From a virus (Duplodnaviria > Caudoviricetes): a DNA stretch of 50,403 bases. Shown here in pieces: positions 9,116 to 17,526 of this stretch. Both the position numbers and the translations under genes were made by a program. Within the stretch, counting starts at the first letter, position 1, and each line of letters starts with the position of its first letter. The stretch covers positions 1 through 50,403 of IMG/VR virus record IMGVR_UViG_3300021978_000181; one strand, given 5' to 3'. The notes under the pieces were generated by a model. That model saw only the letters and a program-made list of their open reading frames with translations. It was not told the DNA's origin and searched no databases.

Positions 9116-9213
9116 CGCTTACCCCTCCGTTCGTTCAGATAGCCAATGACCGGGAGCACGGCGATCACCGTGGTGATGATGGCCAGCGCTGCCGCAGCAA
9201 GAGCCTCAAGCAT
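9112..9213 (-). CDS. 33-aa single-TM peptide (not in ORF track)
   Basis: MLEALAAAALAIITTVIAVLPVIGYLNERRGKR fills the recT-dnaN gap; its stop overlaps the dnaN GTG. Confidence 0.55.
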   Translation of the reverse strand: MLEALAAAALAIITTVIAVLPVIGYLNERRGKR

Positions 9214-10219
9214 CGTCGCCTCCGAGAATGGCCTCGGCCGTCGCGCGATTGGCCGCGCTGAGCCGCGCAATCATGTCGGCGTTGCTCTCGCGGAACTCCG
9301 CAAGCTCCTGCTCGCTGCAAAGGTAGCCGCGCTCCTCGCGTAGCTTTTCGAGAAACCCGTCTTGGTCGACGAGTTGATCGTCGGCCTCAGGCTCCAGATC
9401 GGGAACATCGAGTGACGCGGCCTCGGGTTTTGCGGCCTGCTGCTCCCGCTCGGGAACGGCGGTGAGGTCGGGGATTTCAAGGGCCGCCTTGCGCGGCGCC
9501 AGCGTCACGACGTTATCGCGGGTGCCGAAGTCGGCGTGCTCGTCGTCGCGCGCGATCATGCGCTCAAGCTGAGGCACACTCGGCACCGTCTTGATGCCGC
9601 GACGAACCACAGTCTTGCGCCACGCTTCGGTCCAAAACTTTTTCCACATCGGGCCGTTTTGGGCGCGCGAGATCGACTTAACCGTGTCGATCTGCTTCTC
9701 GTCCATGACCTCGCGATGCAGAATGACGCCGCCCTGCTTGAATACAGCATAGGCACCGATGGGCTTGCCGCGGTCAGTGCCGAGCGGGGCAGGCTTGTGC
9801 TCGATGCGCGGCTCATCGCCTTGGTGCCAGACGAACTCGTCGCCGGCGTAAACGACCTGCGCGTCGACGATCATGTCGCAAAGCTCGCGCGCGCGCTTCC
9901 TGATGCCGTAGAGCATCGGGTTCCACTGCGCCACCAAGCAGCCCTTGTCTTTGTCCTTGAACCACGTAATGACGCCCTCGCGGCCGTCGGGCTGCAGGCC
10001 ATCCTCGGCGGCCTTGGTGACGGCGGCGTGCAGCGAGCGCCGGTCACAGCGCAGCAGGTCGGGGTTGTTCTTAACCGCGATAATGGCAGTGTTGACGAAC
10101 TTCTCGCGGCTGATGTGCGGCGGCAGGATCGCGGCGAGTTCGTCACCGCGGGCCGTGATCTCCCCGCGGAATCCATCGAAGGGCGACGCGGCCGGCGCAT
10201 CTTTGACCTCAGGCTGCAC
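9206..10219 (-). CDS. recT: RecT-family single-strand annealing protein
   Basis: NPDLLRCDRRSL...GLQPDG...VVYAGDEF...GAYAV...WRKTVVRR. Confidence 0.9.
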   Translation of the reverse strand: MQPEVKDAPAASPFDGFRGEITARGDELAAILPPHISREKFVNTAIIAVKNNPDLLRCDRRSLHAAVTKAAEDGLQPDGREGVITWFKDKDKGCLVAQWNPMLYGIRKRARELCDMIVDAQVVYAGDEFVWHQGDEPRIEHKPAPLGTDRGKPIGAYAVFKQGGVILHREVMDEKQIDTVKSISRAQNGPMWKKFWTEAWRKTVVRRGIKTVPSVPQLERMIARDDEHADFGTRDNVVTLAPRKAALEIPDLTAVPEREQQAAKPEAASLDVPDLEPEADDQLVDQDGFLEKLREERGYLCSEQELAEFRESNADMIARLSAANRATAEAILGGDDA

Positions 10220-11213
10220 GACGATCCTCCCTGACCTCGACGCCCGGGATGTTCGTTGCGCCCTTGTGCAGGCGCGTCTCGGCCTTCACGAGCCTGTCGA
10301 TCACGGCCTTGACGTCGGGGTGTTCGGCGTAGTGATCGAGCGCCCTGCGGTAGTTGGTGATGATCGGTTCCCAATAGGACCTCAGACCGCCTCTACTGCC
10401 GAAGCCGCCGCCGACGTTCACCTTGACGGGCTCGGGTGTCGGCTCTGGTGGCAACTCCGGCTCAGGCGTCGTGAGCGCCTGGATGGGATCGGTCTCCATC
10501 AGCTTCTGGCGCTGCGCCTCGTTCTCGCGCTGCGCGGCTTCGCGGGCGCGGCGCTCGTTTGCGGCCTTCTCCTCGGCCTCGCGGCGCAGCCGCGCTTCCT
10601 CGGCGCGTGCCCAGCGGCCCCAATAGTCCCGCAGCCGGTCGGCGGCGGTCTTTACGGCCGCGCGGAAGCGGAACTTGTCGTCGATCTCCTTGGCCTTCTT
10701 GTTGATCGGACTTTTCTCAAGCTCGAACATCGCGTCGGCGCGCTTCTTGAGGTCGAGCAGCTGCTTTTGCAGGTTGCGGGCGATGTTGCTCTCGCGCTCA
10801 TCGCTGGCCGCATTGCCCTTGGCGAGCATCGCCTCGGCCTGCGCCTGCTTATCCTCGATCTCGGCGAGCAATGCTTCGAAAGGATCGCTCGGCATATTCG
10901 AGTTCCGCGGCGCCTCGGGCTCGGCGGCGGGCGTGCCCTGGTCCGGCCACTCGCCGGTTTTGAACGCCTCCATCGCAGCTTCTTTTGTGACCGGGTTCTT
11001 GGCGAGCCACGTCCACTGGTCTTGCGGATCGCGCATCTCGTTGCCGACGCGGCACACGAGCTCGCCGTCCTTGTGCCAGATCACCGCCGGCACCCACGGG
11101 CCGTCGCGGTGCAGCTTGCGTCGGAAATACCCGCACTGAGGGTGTCCGTCATGGATCGGCGGCTTCTTGCCCGCGAGCGCGTCCTGCCACCACGTGAGAT
11201 CGTTTAATTGCAT
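10209..11213 (-). CDS. Phage protein with coiled-coil (Gp157-like C-terminus)
   Basis: PQCGYFR...WVPAVIW N-domain, long coiled coil, IPGVEV end. Confidence 0.6.
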   Translation of the reverse strand: MQLNDLTWWQDALAGKKPPIHDGHPQCGYFRRKLHRDGPWVPAVIWHKDGELVCRVGNEMRDPQDQWTWLAKNPVTKEAAMEAFKTGEWPDQGTPAAEPEAPRNSNMPSDPFEALLAEIEDKQAQAEAMLAKGNAASDERESNIARNLQKQLLDLKKRADAMFELEKSPINKKAKEIDDKFRFRAAVKTAADRLRDYWGRWARAEEARLRREAEEKAANERRAREAAQRENEAQRQKLMETDPIQALTTPEPELPPEPTPEPVKVNVGGGFGSRGGLRSYWEPIITNYRRALDHYAEHPDVKAVIDRLVKAETRLHKGATNIPGVEVREDRRAA

Positions 11214-11230
11214 CTCGTCCCTTCCTTTCC

Positions 11231-11335
11231 CCCCAATGGGGTGCCGTCTCTCCGGCTGTCACGCCGTTGCGCCGACGTTCCGATGGGGTTCTCTCCGCAT
11301 GAAAAAGGCGCTGCAGATCACCCCACGAACCCCGC
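11231..11335 (-). ncRNA. Candidate structured RNA element in the early-left transcript
   Basis: Intergenic; stems GGGGUUC/GAACCCC, ACGUCG/CGGCGU, GCCG-GAGAGA-CGGC. Confidence 0.4.
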
Positions 11336-11353
11336 CCACCTTCTCGTGCGCCC

Positions 11354-11608
11354 CTAAGGGCACGTCTCCTGCCGCGCCTTCACGCGCTCGATCTGGAATT
11401 GCAGAAGCTCCAGCGCCGTCCCGGCGCCGTGCGTCTCGGTTGTGGTCTCGACCCAATGGCGCAATTCGAGTGCGGCCCGGGTGCGTGAACGGTTCGGCGC
11501 GAACGACCGCACGTAGCGGGCGATGGCCGAGGCGTCCCTGAGCACTGGCTGCGCCAATCGGAGGGCTGGCCTTGCCAAACGGGCGCGCATGTCGACGACG
11601 TTGCTCAT
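11354..11608 (-). CDS. Hypothetical protein
   Basis: MSNVVDMR... coupled start. Confidence 0.55.
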   Translation of the reverse strand: MSNVVDMRARLARPALRLAQPVLRDASAIARYVRSFAPNRSRTRAALELRHWVETTTETHGAGTALELLQFQIERVKARQETCP

Positions 11609-11826
11609 TGCGACCAGCTTTCTTTGAGTTTGCGCGCCGCATCCTCGCGGCTGGCGGCCAGCTGATGCGCCTCGGCAGCGGCGTCGTAGGCCATCGCGTT
11701 CGGAATGGTTGGATTGCCGAGGTAGCGCTTCAGGCGCTGCCGCGCGCGCCGCTTGGCGGCTTTGGTGCCGCGCACGAAGGCGTCGAGGAAATCGTCGCGG
11801 CGGGTCGCGAGGCGAGACGGCTTCAT
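11605..11826 (-). CDS. Hypothetical basic protein
   Basis: ATGA-coupled ORF. Confidence 0.55.
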   Translation of the reverse strand: MKPSRLATRRDDFLDAFVRGTKAAKRRARQRLKRYLGNPTIPNAMAYDAAAEAHQLAASREDAARKLKESWSQ

Positions 11827-12008
11827 AGCTGCACCTCGCCGCGTCGAATGTTCTGCGCGTCGGCGCGCCCGCGGAAATAGACGTCGATGAAGGCGAGGGC
11901 CATCTCATCGTTGAGATCGGCCCACGCGGGGAGGCCGGGCTCACTGCGCCGCGTCTCCTCGTAGGTCTCTTTGATCGCCAGTAGCTCGCGGCTCATCTGC
12001 ACCTTCAT
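11823..12008 (-). CDS. Hypothetical protein
   Basis: MKVQMSRELL... ATGA-coupled. Confidence 0.55.
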   Translation of the reverse strand: MKVQMSRELLAIKETYEETRRSEPGLPAWADLNDEMALAFIDVYFRGRADAQNIRRGEVQL

Positions 12009-12433
12009 GCGATGCACTCCTCGATCTGAAACGCGACCGCAGCCCGCTCCTGCCGGCACAGGCGCATCAGCATGTGGTGGTACGGGAAGCTGTAGGCCGG
12101 GTGATGCGGGTTGGTTTGTGCGAGCCGACGTAGACGCTGGTCGGCGCGCGCCAGTCGTTCAGCGACGCGCTCGCGGCCGTAGATGGACGTGTCGGCAATC
12201 TCGGCGCTCGAAAGAAAACCGCAGCGGCCGAGATCGCGAGCGCGGCGGGTTGCGATGGCGTCAGCGAACTCGGCGAGGAATTTCCGGTAGCCTTCGCGCC
12301 AAGTGGCGCCGCCGGCGAGCGCTTCGGCGTAGAGGGTGTGACGCTTCCAATCGAGCCGGGCGGCGCGGTAGCCGGCCATGAACAGATCTGTGCTCTGCTG
12401 AGGCGGTGCGGCCCGCTCGATCGTTTGAAGCAT
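12005..12433 (-). CDS. Hypothetical protein, first gene of the pL operon
   Basis: MLQTIER... downstream of pL; start uncertain (12433 or 12379). Confidence 0.5.
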   Translation of the reverse strand: MLQTIERAAPPQQSTDLFMAGYRAARLDWKRHTLYAEALAGGATWREGYRKFLAEFADAIATRRARDLGRCGFLSSAEIADTSIYGRERVAERLARADQRLRRLAQTNPHHPAYSFPYHHMLMRLCRQERAAVAFQIEECIA

Positions 12434-12529
12434 CCCCGGTCTCGCTCTGGTTGGGCGACGGGGCTGCCGCAATTACCTTTGCCCCGTCGCCGTCTTGACC
12501 CCGCTAAGCGCTGCATCAGCGCAGAACCA

Positions 12530-12610
12530 GAGATAGTCGGGTTTTCCCGATTGGTCAACACAAAAATCGGGTTTTTCCGATTTCTGCAGCACGCCATCGG
12601 GTTGGCCCGA
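12530..12610 (-). promoter_or_regulatory. pL promoter and OL1-3 operators
   Basis: TTGACC-17nt-TATCTC on minus strand; TCGGGT-N4-CCGA sites at 12537, 12567 and 12597. Confidence 0.8.
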
Positions 12611-12620
12611 CCGGAAGGGG

Positions 12621-13220
12621 CTACCGTTCGCCGCGTTTGATCCAGATTATCGGTGCGATTTCAGCAAGCTCGACGTCATCGACGTCGGGCACCCCCGGCT
12701 TGTATGAGCGAAGCCGGTATCTACCTCTGCGCGAGCCGCGTTCGAGGATCTTCACGAACCGCATCCCGTCGTGGGTGCGGCCCACGCAGTCCTTGCCGAT
12801 GAGGTTGTCCGCGTGGCGGGGGTCTGCGAGCCGGCAGAACACCTCGTCGCCGTCACGGTAGGCCGGCGCCATGGCGTTGCCCTCGACGCGGTAGCAGGCC
12901 ACGTCGGGTGCGCCCAGCTCAAACGATGATTCCCCGCTGCCCGGCCGCGCAACGTGCCACGTCTCGTCGCCGTCAATTGCGCCGACGGTGGGCACGCGAA
13001 CGGTGAACCTGTCGTCGCCCTCCAGCAGGAACGCCGCCGGCACGCCAAGGGCATCGGCGAACGCGAGGAAGTTGTCGATGCGCGGGTTTGAGTCGTTCTT
13101 CAGGGTTTCGCTGAGCCAGCCGGGGTTCTTGCCAGCACGAAGGGAGATTTCCTTCATGGTGACACCTCTGGACTTGAGGTCTTCAATCCGGGCAATTGCC
13201 CGCGCTCGCCAGCCATTCAT
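12621..13220 (-). CDS. cI: CI-like repressor (HTH plus S24 peptidase-like domain)
   Basis: N-terminal HTH (MKEISLRAGKNPGWLSETL), S24-like VEGNAMAP...FVKIL; divergent from cro; flanked by operators. Confidence 0.88.
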   Translation of the reverse strand: MNGWRARAIARIEDLKSRGVTMKEISLRAGKNPGWLSETLKNDSNPRIDNFLAFADALGVPAAFLLEGDDRFTVRVPTVGAIDGDETWHVARPGSGESSFELGAPDVACYRVEGNAMAPAYRDGDEVFCRLADPRHADNLIGKDCVGRTHDGMRFVKILERGSRRGRYRLRSYKPGVPDVDDVELAEIAPIIWIKRGER

Positions 13221-13247
13221 GTCTCCCGAATTACAGGGCTAGATGGC

Positions 13248-13304
13248 TCGGGTCTATCCGATCGGGTATTACCGCTTGCATAATCGGATAAACCCGATTA
13301 ACAT
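13248..13304 (+). promoter_or_regulatory. OR operators and pR promoter
   Basis: Operator copies at 13248, 13262 and 13284; TTGCAT(13276)-17nt-TAACAT(13299). Confidence 0.8.
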
Positions 13305-13313
13305 CTTGGAGCC

Positions 13314-13517
13314 ATGGATGCAACTGCACCTCTTATCGAAGAAATCGACGCCTTCCTTGGCAGAACGGGGATGGCGGACACAACGTTCGGTCAAAAGGCC
13401 GTTCGCGATTGGCGGTTACTGGAGCGCCTCCGTCGCGGGGGGAGCGTGACGCTCAAGACTGCGCACAAGCTGCGCGAGTTCATGCGTGAGTACGAGGGGG
13501 CAAGAAAGGTTGCGTGA
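13314..13517 (+). CDS. cro: Cro-like repressor
   Basis: LIEEIDAFLGRTGMADTTFGQKAVRDWRLLERLRRG; 67 aa, divergent from cI. Confidence 0.8.
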   Translation: MDATAPLIEEIDAFLGRTGMADTTFGQKAVRDWRLLERLRRGGSVTLKTAHKLREFMREYEGARKVA

Positions 13518-13854
13518 TCGGCACGGTTCGCAATCGGTCTGCATTACTGACTTCCTCCGCAAAAACTTTTTCCAGTGTGTGTCACCCAAGCGTCACCGTC
13601 TACCCGTTGTCGTCGCAACTGAGTTTTTCTCGTTCGCTTCGTCCGTACCCGTTGCGTCTGCGTCACGCCGAAGGCGGCGGATGGCTCATGCGTGCGTGGG
13701 CCTCCCGACACCTTCGGGTGTCCGACTGACTCGGCTGCATTGCTGCGCACCGGGTCTGTCGTAGCCCTCCTTGGGCGTTTCCTCTCTAGACTTGGGCTGC
13801 CCGGCTCACGCTTGGCAGCCCTCTTTCCCGGGGAGGATGGGGGAATAGGGGTTG

Positions 13855-14415
13855 ATGCTACGAGAGGCGGCCACATCGCTCTTTGGCCCATCCCGCGCAA
13901 GCGTGCGCCGGGCCGTTGCCGCCTATCTCAACGACATGAAGGAATACATCTCCGACGCGGCCGTCCCGCGCGAGCAGGTGGTCGAGGGCTACAAGGACGG
14001 GTGCAAGAGGTATGGCTGGCCGCGCATCAGCACTGCGCGGCTTTTTGCTGAGCTCGACGCACTCGGGTGCCCAGCATTCGAGGGCATCCGCATTCCTGCG
14101 CACGGAGGCGCACCCGCGCCGACGCCAGCGCTGCCACCTCAGGCCCCGATCATCGTGCCGCCGCAGCCGAAGCACGAGCCGCGGCCTGTCATGCGCACGC
14201 TGCGCGACGATGCGCTCGTCGACCTGCTGTCGCGCCTGGAGCGCGGCGAGACGATCCCGTCACAAGACGCGCTGTGCGCGGCTTGGCGCCGCTCGCGCTC
14301 GACAGTCTCCGAATGGCTGACCGCGTGGGAGCGGCGGGGCTTGATCCCGCCGCGGCAGCGCGACGGCCGCTGCAATGTCATCCACATGCGCCAACGGAGG
14401 GCGGCAGCCGCATGA
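13855..14415 (+). CDS. Putative DNA-binding protein with C-terminal winged HTH
   Basis: PSQDALCAAWRRSRSTVSEWLTAWERRG; occupies the cII-like position. Confidence 0.6.
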   Translation: MLREAATSLFGPSRASVRRAVAAYLNDMKEYISDAAVPREQVVEGYKDGCKRYGWPRISTARLFAELDALGCPAFEGIRIPAHGGAPAPTPALPPQAPIIVPPQPKHEPRPVMRTLRDDALVDLLSRLERGETIPSQDALCAAWRRSRSTVSEWLTAWERRGLIPPRQRDGRCNVIHMRQRRAAAA

Positions 14416-14708
14416 TCACACCCCTGCAGAGGCGCGCGATGGTTTTCATCGAGGCAGAGATCGCCCGCACAGGCGGTGTTGCGCCGACGATCTGTGAGAT
14501 TGCCGCCAACCTCAAGACGGCAAGCAAGGGCAACGTGCACCGCCTCATCAAAGGGCTTGAGGAGCGCGGGTTCATTCGCCGGGCGCCGGGTCGTGCGCGC
14601 GGCATCGAGGTGATCCGGCCGGTGAGCCGATTGGAGGTGCACCGGTTCAACCCTGAAACGAAGGAGGTCGAAGCTGTGACCGAGAAAGAAAAGAGCCTGG
14701 CGAGTTAG
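14412..14708 (+). CDS. LexA DNA-binding-domain-only protein
   Basis: TPLQ...PTICEIA...[30 protein letters not shown] closely resembles the alphaproteobacterial LexA N-domain; 98 aa, no peptidase domain. Confidence 0.85.
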   Translation: [98 protein letters not shown]

Positions 14709-14799
14709 GGGCTCACCAGGCTCTGCGATCTGTCATCTGCCTCGGGACCGCTGACACCAGTCGAGAGGCTCATTTATGCGCAGCATGCTGCGCTTCCAA
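14685..14799 (-). ncRNA. Candidate oop-like antisense RNA with its own promoter and terminator
   Basis: Minus-strand TTGGAA-17-TAAATG (14799-14771); 13-bp hairpin 14692-14724 followed by a U-tract on the minus strand. Confidence 0.55.
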
Positions 14800-14890
14800 G
14801 CGAGGGTTTTATGCCACGAACGAACCAAGTCCGCAACCTAGATGTTGCGGCAGTTTCCACATCCCACCACCAGACCGTGAGTGCGCGCCC

Positions 14891-16333
14891 ATGATGTTGC
14901 AGGGCGCACCAGATACGCAACTCGATGACGGTTTTGCGCCGCTTCGCGAGCCGCCTCACAACATCGAGGCCGAACAGGCGCTCCTCGGGTGCGTGCTGAT
15001 CAACAACGCGTCGATGGACCGCGTTGGGGGCTTGGAGCCGCACCACCTCTTTGACCCGCTGCATCAGCAGATTTTCGAGGTCGCACGCAAACTGATCAGC
15101 ACGGGGCGCCGCGCGACGCCGATCACGCTCAAGACGTTCTTTGACGGTGCGCCTCCTATCCGCAGCGACCTCACGGTGCCTCAGTATCTCGGGTCACTGG
15201 CGGGCAATGCGACGACGATCATCAACGTGGCGGACTACGCGCGGTTGATCCGCGACCTCGCCACGCGCCGCGCCCTCATCCTCATCGGCAGCGATGTTGT
15301 CAACGACGCCTTCGATGCGGACCTGCACATCGCACCGGACGAACAAATCGCGGAAGCAGAAAAGCGTCTCTCGGAACTGGCGGTACGGTCGGACGATGAT
15401 CGGGCCTGCGGCTTCGACGTCGCACTCACCGAGGCCATCGAGTACGCCAACGAGGCCTACCAGCGGAAGGGGCACCTCGCCGGCCTGTCGACCGGCCTGG
15501 AGGATCTCGACGCGAAGCTCGGCGGGCTCGCAAAGACTGACCTCGTGATCCTCGCTGGGCGCCCGTCGATGGGTAAGACGGCGCTTGCCACGCACATCGC
15601 ATGGTCGACCGCGAAGGACGGCCTGCCGGTGCTGTTCTACTCGCTCGAAATGGACCGCTCGCAGATCGCCATGCGGATTGCGGCGAGCGAGATCGAGGTC
15701 GGCAGCGAGAAGCTGCGCCGCGGCATGGTGAGCGAGGATGAAATTCGCGCACTCGTGACGCGCGCCGAGGATATCGGGCGCTGCCCGCTTCACATCGACG
15801 ACCGCGGCGGCATCTCGATGGGGCAGCTTGCCGCCCGCGCGCGGCGCGCGGCGCGCAAGACCGGCGCCGAACTGATGGTCGTCGACTACATCCAGCTCCT
15901 CTCCGGCAGCAAGCGCGCGCGTGACGGCCGCGTGCAGGAGGTGACCGAGATCACCACGGGGCTCAAGGCCCTGGCCAAGGAGCTGCAGATCCCGGTCATC
16001 GCTCTGTCGCAGCTGTCGCGCGGCCCGGAGGGACGTCCCGATAAGCGCCCGCAGCTCTCCGACCTCAGAGAGAGCGGCTCGATCGAGCAGGACGCCGACG
16101 TCGTGATGTTTGTCTACCGCGACGAATACTACGTCGAGCGCCGCAAGCCAGACCCTTCGGACATGGAGAAGATGGCCGAGTGGGAGCGCGACATGCGTAG
16201 CGCCGCCGGCAAGGCCGAGGTGATCATCGGCAAGCAGCGCCACGGCCCCACAGGCGTGGTCCCGCTGGCCTTTGACGGCGCGCTGACGCGGTTCTCTGAC
16301 ATGGCTCCTGAGTATCGGGAGGCGCGACGATGA
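14891..16333 (+). CDS. dnaB: Replicative DNA helicase
   Basis: PPHNIEAEQALLG, AGRPSMGKT, VVDYIQL, LSQLSR, DLRESGSIEQDAD, KQRHGPTG. Confidence 0.97.
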   Translation: MMLQGAPDTQLDDGFAPLREPPHNIEAEQALLGCVLINNASMDRVGGLEPHHLFDPLHQQIFEVARKLISTGRRATPITLKTFFDGAPPIRSDLTVPQYLGSLAGNATTIINVADYARLIRDLATRRALILIGSDVVNDAFDADLHIAPDEQIAEAEKRLSELAVRSDDDRACGFDVALTEAIEYANEAYQRKGHLAGLSTGLEDLDAKLGGLAKTDLVILAGRPSMGKTALATHIAWSTAKDGLPVLFYSLEMDRSQIAMRIAASEIEVGSEKLRRGMVSEDEIRALVTRAEDIGRCPLHIDDRGGISMGQLAARARRAARKTGAELMVVDYIQLLSGSKRARDGRVQEVTEITTGLKALAKELQIPVIALSQLSRGPEGRPDKRPQLSDLRESGSIEQDADVVMFVYRDEYYVERRKPDPSDMEKMAEWERDMRSAAGKAEVIIGKQRHGPTGVVPLAFDGALTRFSDMAPEYREARR

Positions 16334-17526
16334 CCGGCTTCGGACACAACAGCGGGTACACGCTGGACGATCTCGACGGGAAGCCGGGAGACTGGATCGC
16401 TCTGTCGCGTCGGGTGCGCGAGCATCCGATTGTCGGGCTCGCCAACCCCGTGAAGCCAGCCGACCACAGCAGGGGTTCATGTAGCCGCTTTGAGGCGTGG
16501 TTCGACCTCCTCTGTCTTGCGCAGTGGAGGCCGTCGCGCATCAACAACAAAGGTCAGGTGATCACCCTCGATGTGGGCCAACTCATGGGTGCGCTACCCT
16601 TCCTCGCTGACCGCTGGAATTGGACGGTTGCGACGGTGCGCTGGTATCTGGCCACGCTGGAGCGCGAACAGATGATCTCTCGCGCGCCACCGAAGGTCGC
16701 GACTTCCAACAGCCAGAACAGCAGGCAACCAACAAACAAATGCAACGTCATAACCATCGAGAATTACAGCAAATATCAATTGCTGTCTGATGCCGTAGAC
16801 GCTTACGTACAGCAGGCAAAGCGACAGGCGAGCGACAGCCGAGCAACAGCCGAACAGCAGGCCAACGACAGCAATTTAACAAGTAAACAACCTAACAATA
16901 ATACTCCCCCCTACCCCCCTCCGGGGGGCGAGCCCGAGCCTTCGGCTGGCAGGAAGCGCAAGCGTGGCCTGACGGCAGCGCAGATCAACCTCACCGATGA
17001 GGCGGTTCGCCTCTGGAACGCCACAGCGCAAGCGCTCGGCCTTTCGCGGGTGCAGGCCGTCACCGATGCGCGGCGCGCTCGCCTCGTCAAGCGGCTCGAT
17101 GACATCGGGGGGCTTGATCGATTTGCGCTGGCGCTGTCTGCGATCGAGCGCGTCCCGTTCCTGATGGGCAAGGTTCCCCCGAGGCCGGGGCAGGCGCCGT
17201 TCAAGCTCGACATCGACCGGCTGATGCAAACCGACGGCAACCTCGGCGACGTGCTGGCGAAACTGATCGACAAGGCGGGGGACGAGACGGAACTGATCGG
17301 GCCAAACGGCAAGCGGTGGGGTTGGTGGCGCGACAAGGAAGACGACCTGCGCGCCCTCTCGGTCGACTATTGGCGCCAGCTCGACGAAACGCAAAAGCCG
17401 AACGGGACATGGCCGTGGTGGGTGATGGGCGCTCCTCCTGGGCACGACGAGTGCATCATGCCCGACGAGCTCGTCGCCGAGCGCGGATACGTCGAGATCT
17501 ACAAGGGGAAAATCAGCCATGCGTGA
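16330..17526 (+). CDS. Phage replication initiator (O-like)
   Basis: SRFEAWFDLL...GQL...LADRWNW wHTH; contains repeats and an AT-rich tract; adjacent to dnaB. Confidence 0.7.
   Translation: MTGFGHNSGYTLDDLDGKPGDWIALSRRVREHPIVGLANPVKPADHSRGSCSRFEAWFDLLCLAQWRPSRINNKGQVITLDVGQLMGALPFLADRWNWTVATVRWYLATLEREQMISRAPPKVATSNSQNSRQPTNKCNVITIENYSKYQLLSDAVDAYVQQAKRQASDSRATAEQQANDSNLTSKQPNNNTPPYPPPGGEPEPSAGRKRKRGLTAAQINLTDEAVRLWNATAQALGLSRVQAVTDARRARLVKRLDDIGGLDRFALALSAIERVPFLMGKVPPRPGQAPFKLDIDRLMQTDGNLGDVLAKLIDKAGDETELIGPNGKRWGWWRDKEDDLRALSVDYWRQLDETQKPNGTWPWWVMGAPPGHDECIMPDELVAERGYVEIYKGKISHA
16809..16903 (+). repeat. Putative replication origin: 11-bp-period iterons plus AT-rich tract
   Basis: GCGACAGGCGA/GCGACAGCCGA/GCAACAGCCGA/ACAGCAGGCCA/ACGACAGCAAT, then A-rich 16873-16903. 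Confidence 0.6.

Noticed and set aside
9945-11207. Long opposite-strand ORFs (also 15194-16480, 20484-21476, 30401-32086, 32877-33914, 42040-43116)
   Set aside because: Shadow frames of well-supported genes in GC-rich DNA; no motifs or RBS
12537-12610. 30-bp periodic repeats as a mini-CRISPR
   Set aside because: 14-bp palindromes with 16-bp gaps that recur at the cI-cro gap; these are operators, and no cas genes are present
13514-13850. Short ORFs and a GACACC-TTCG-GGTGTC hairpin between cro and 13855
   Set aside because: No convincing RBS or motif; cannot tell coding from leader RNA
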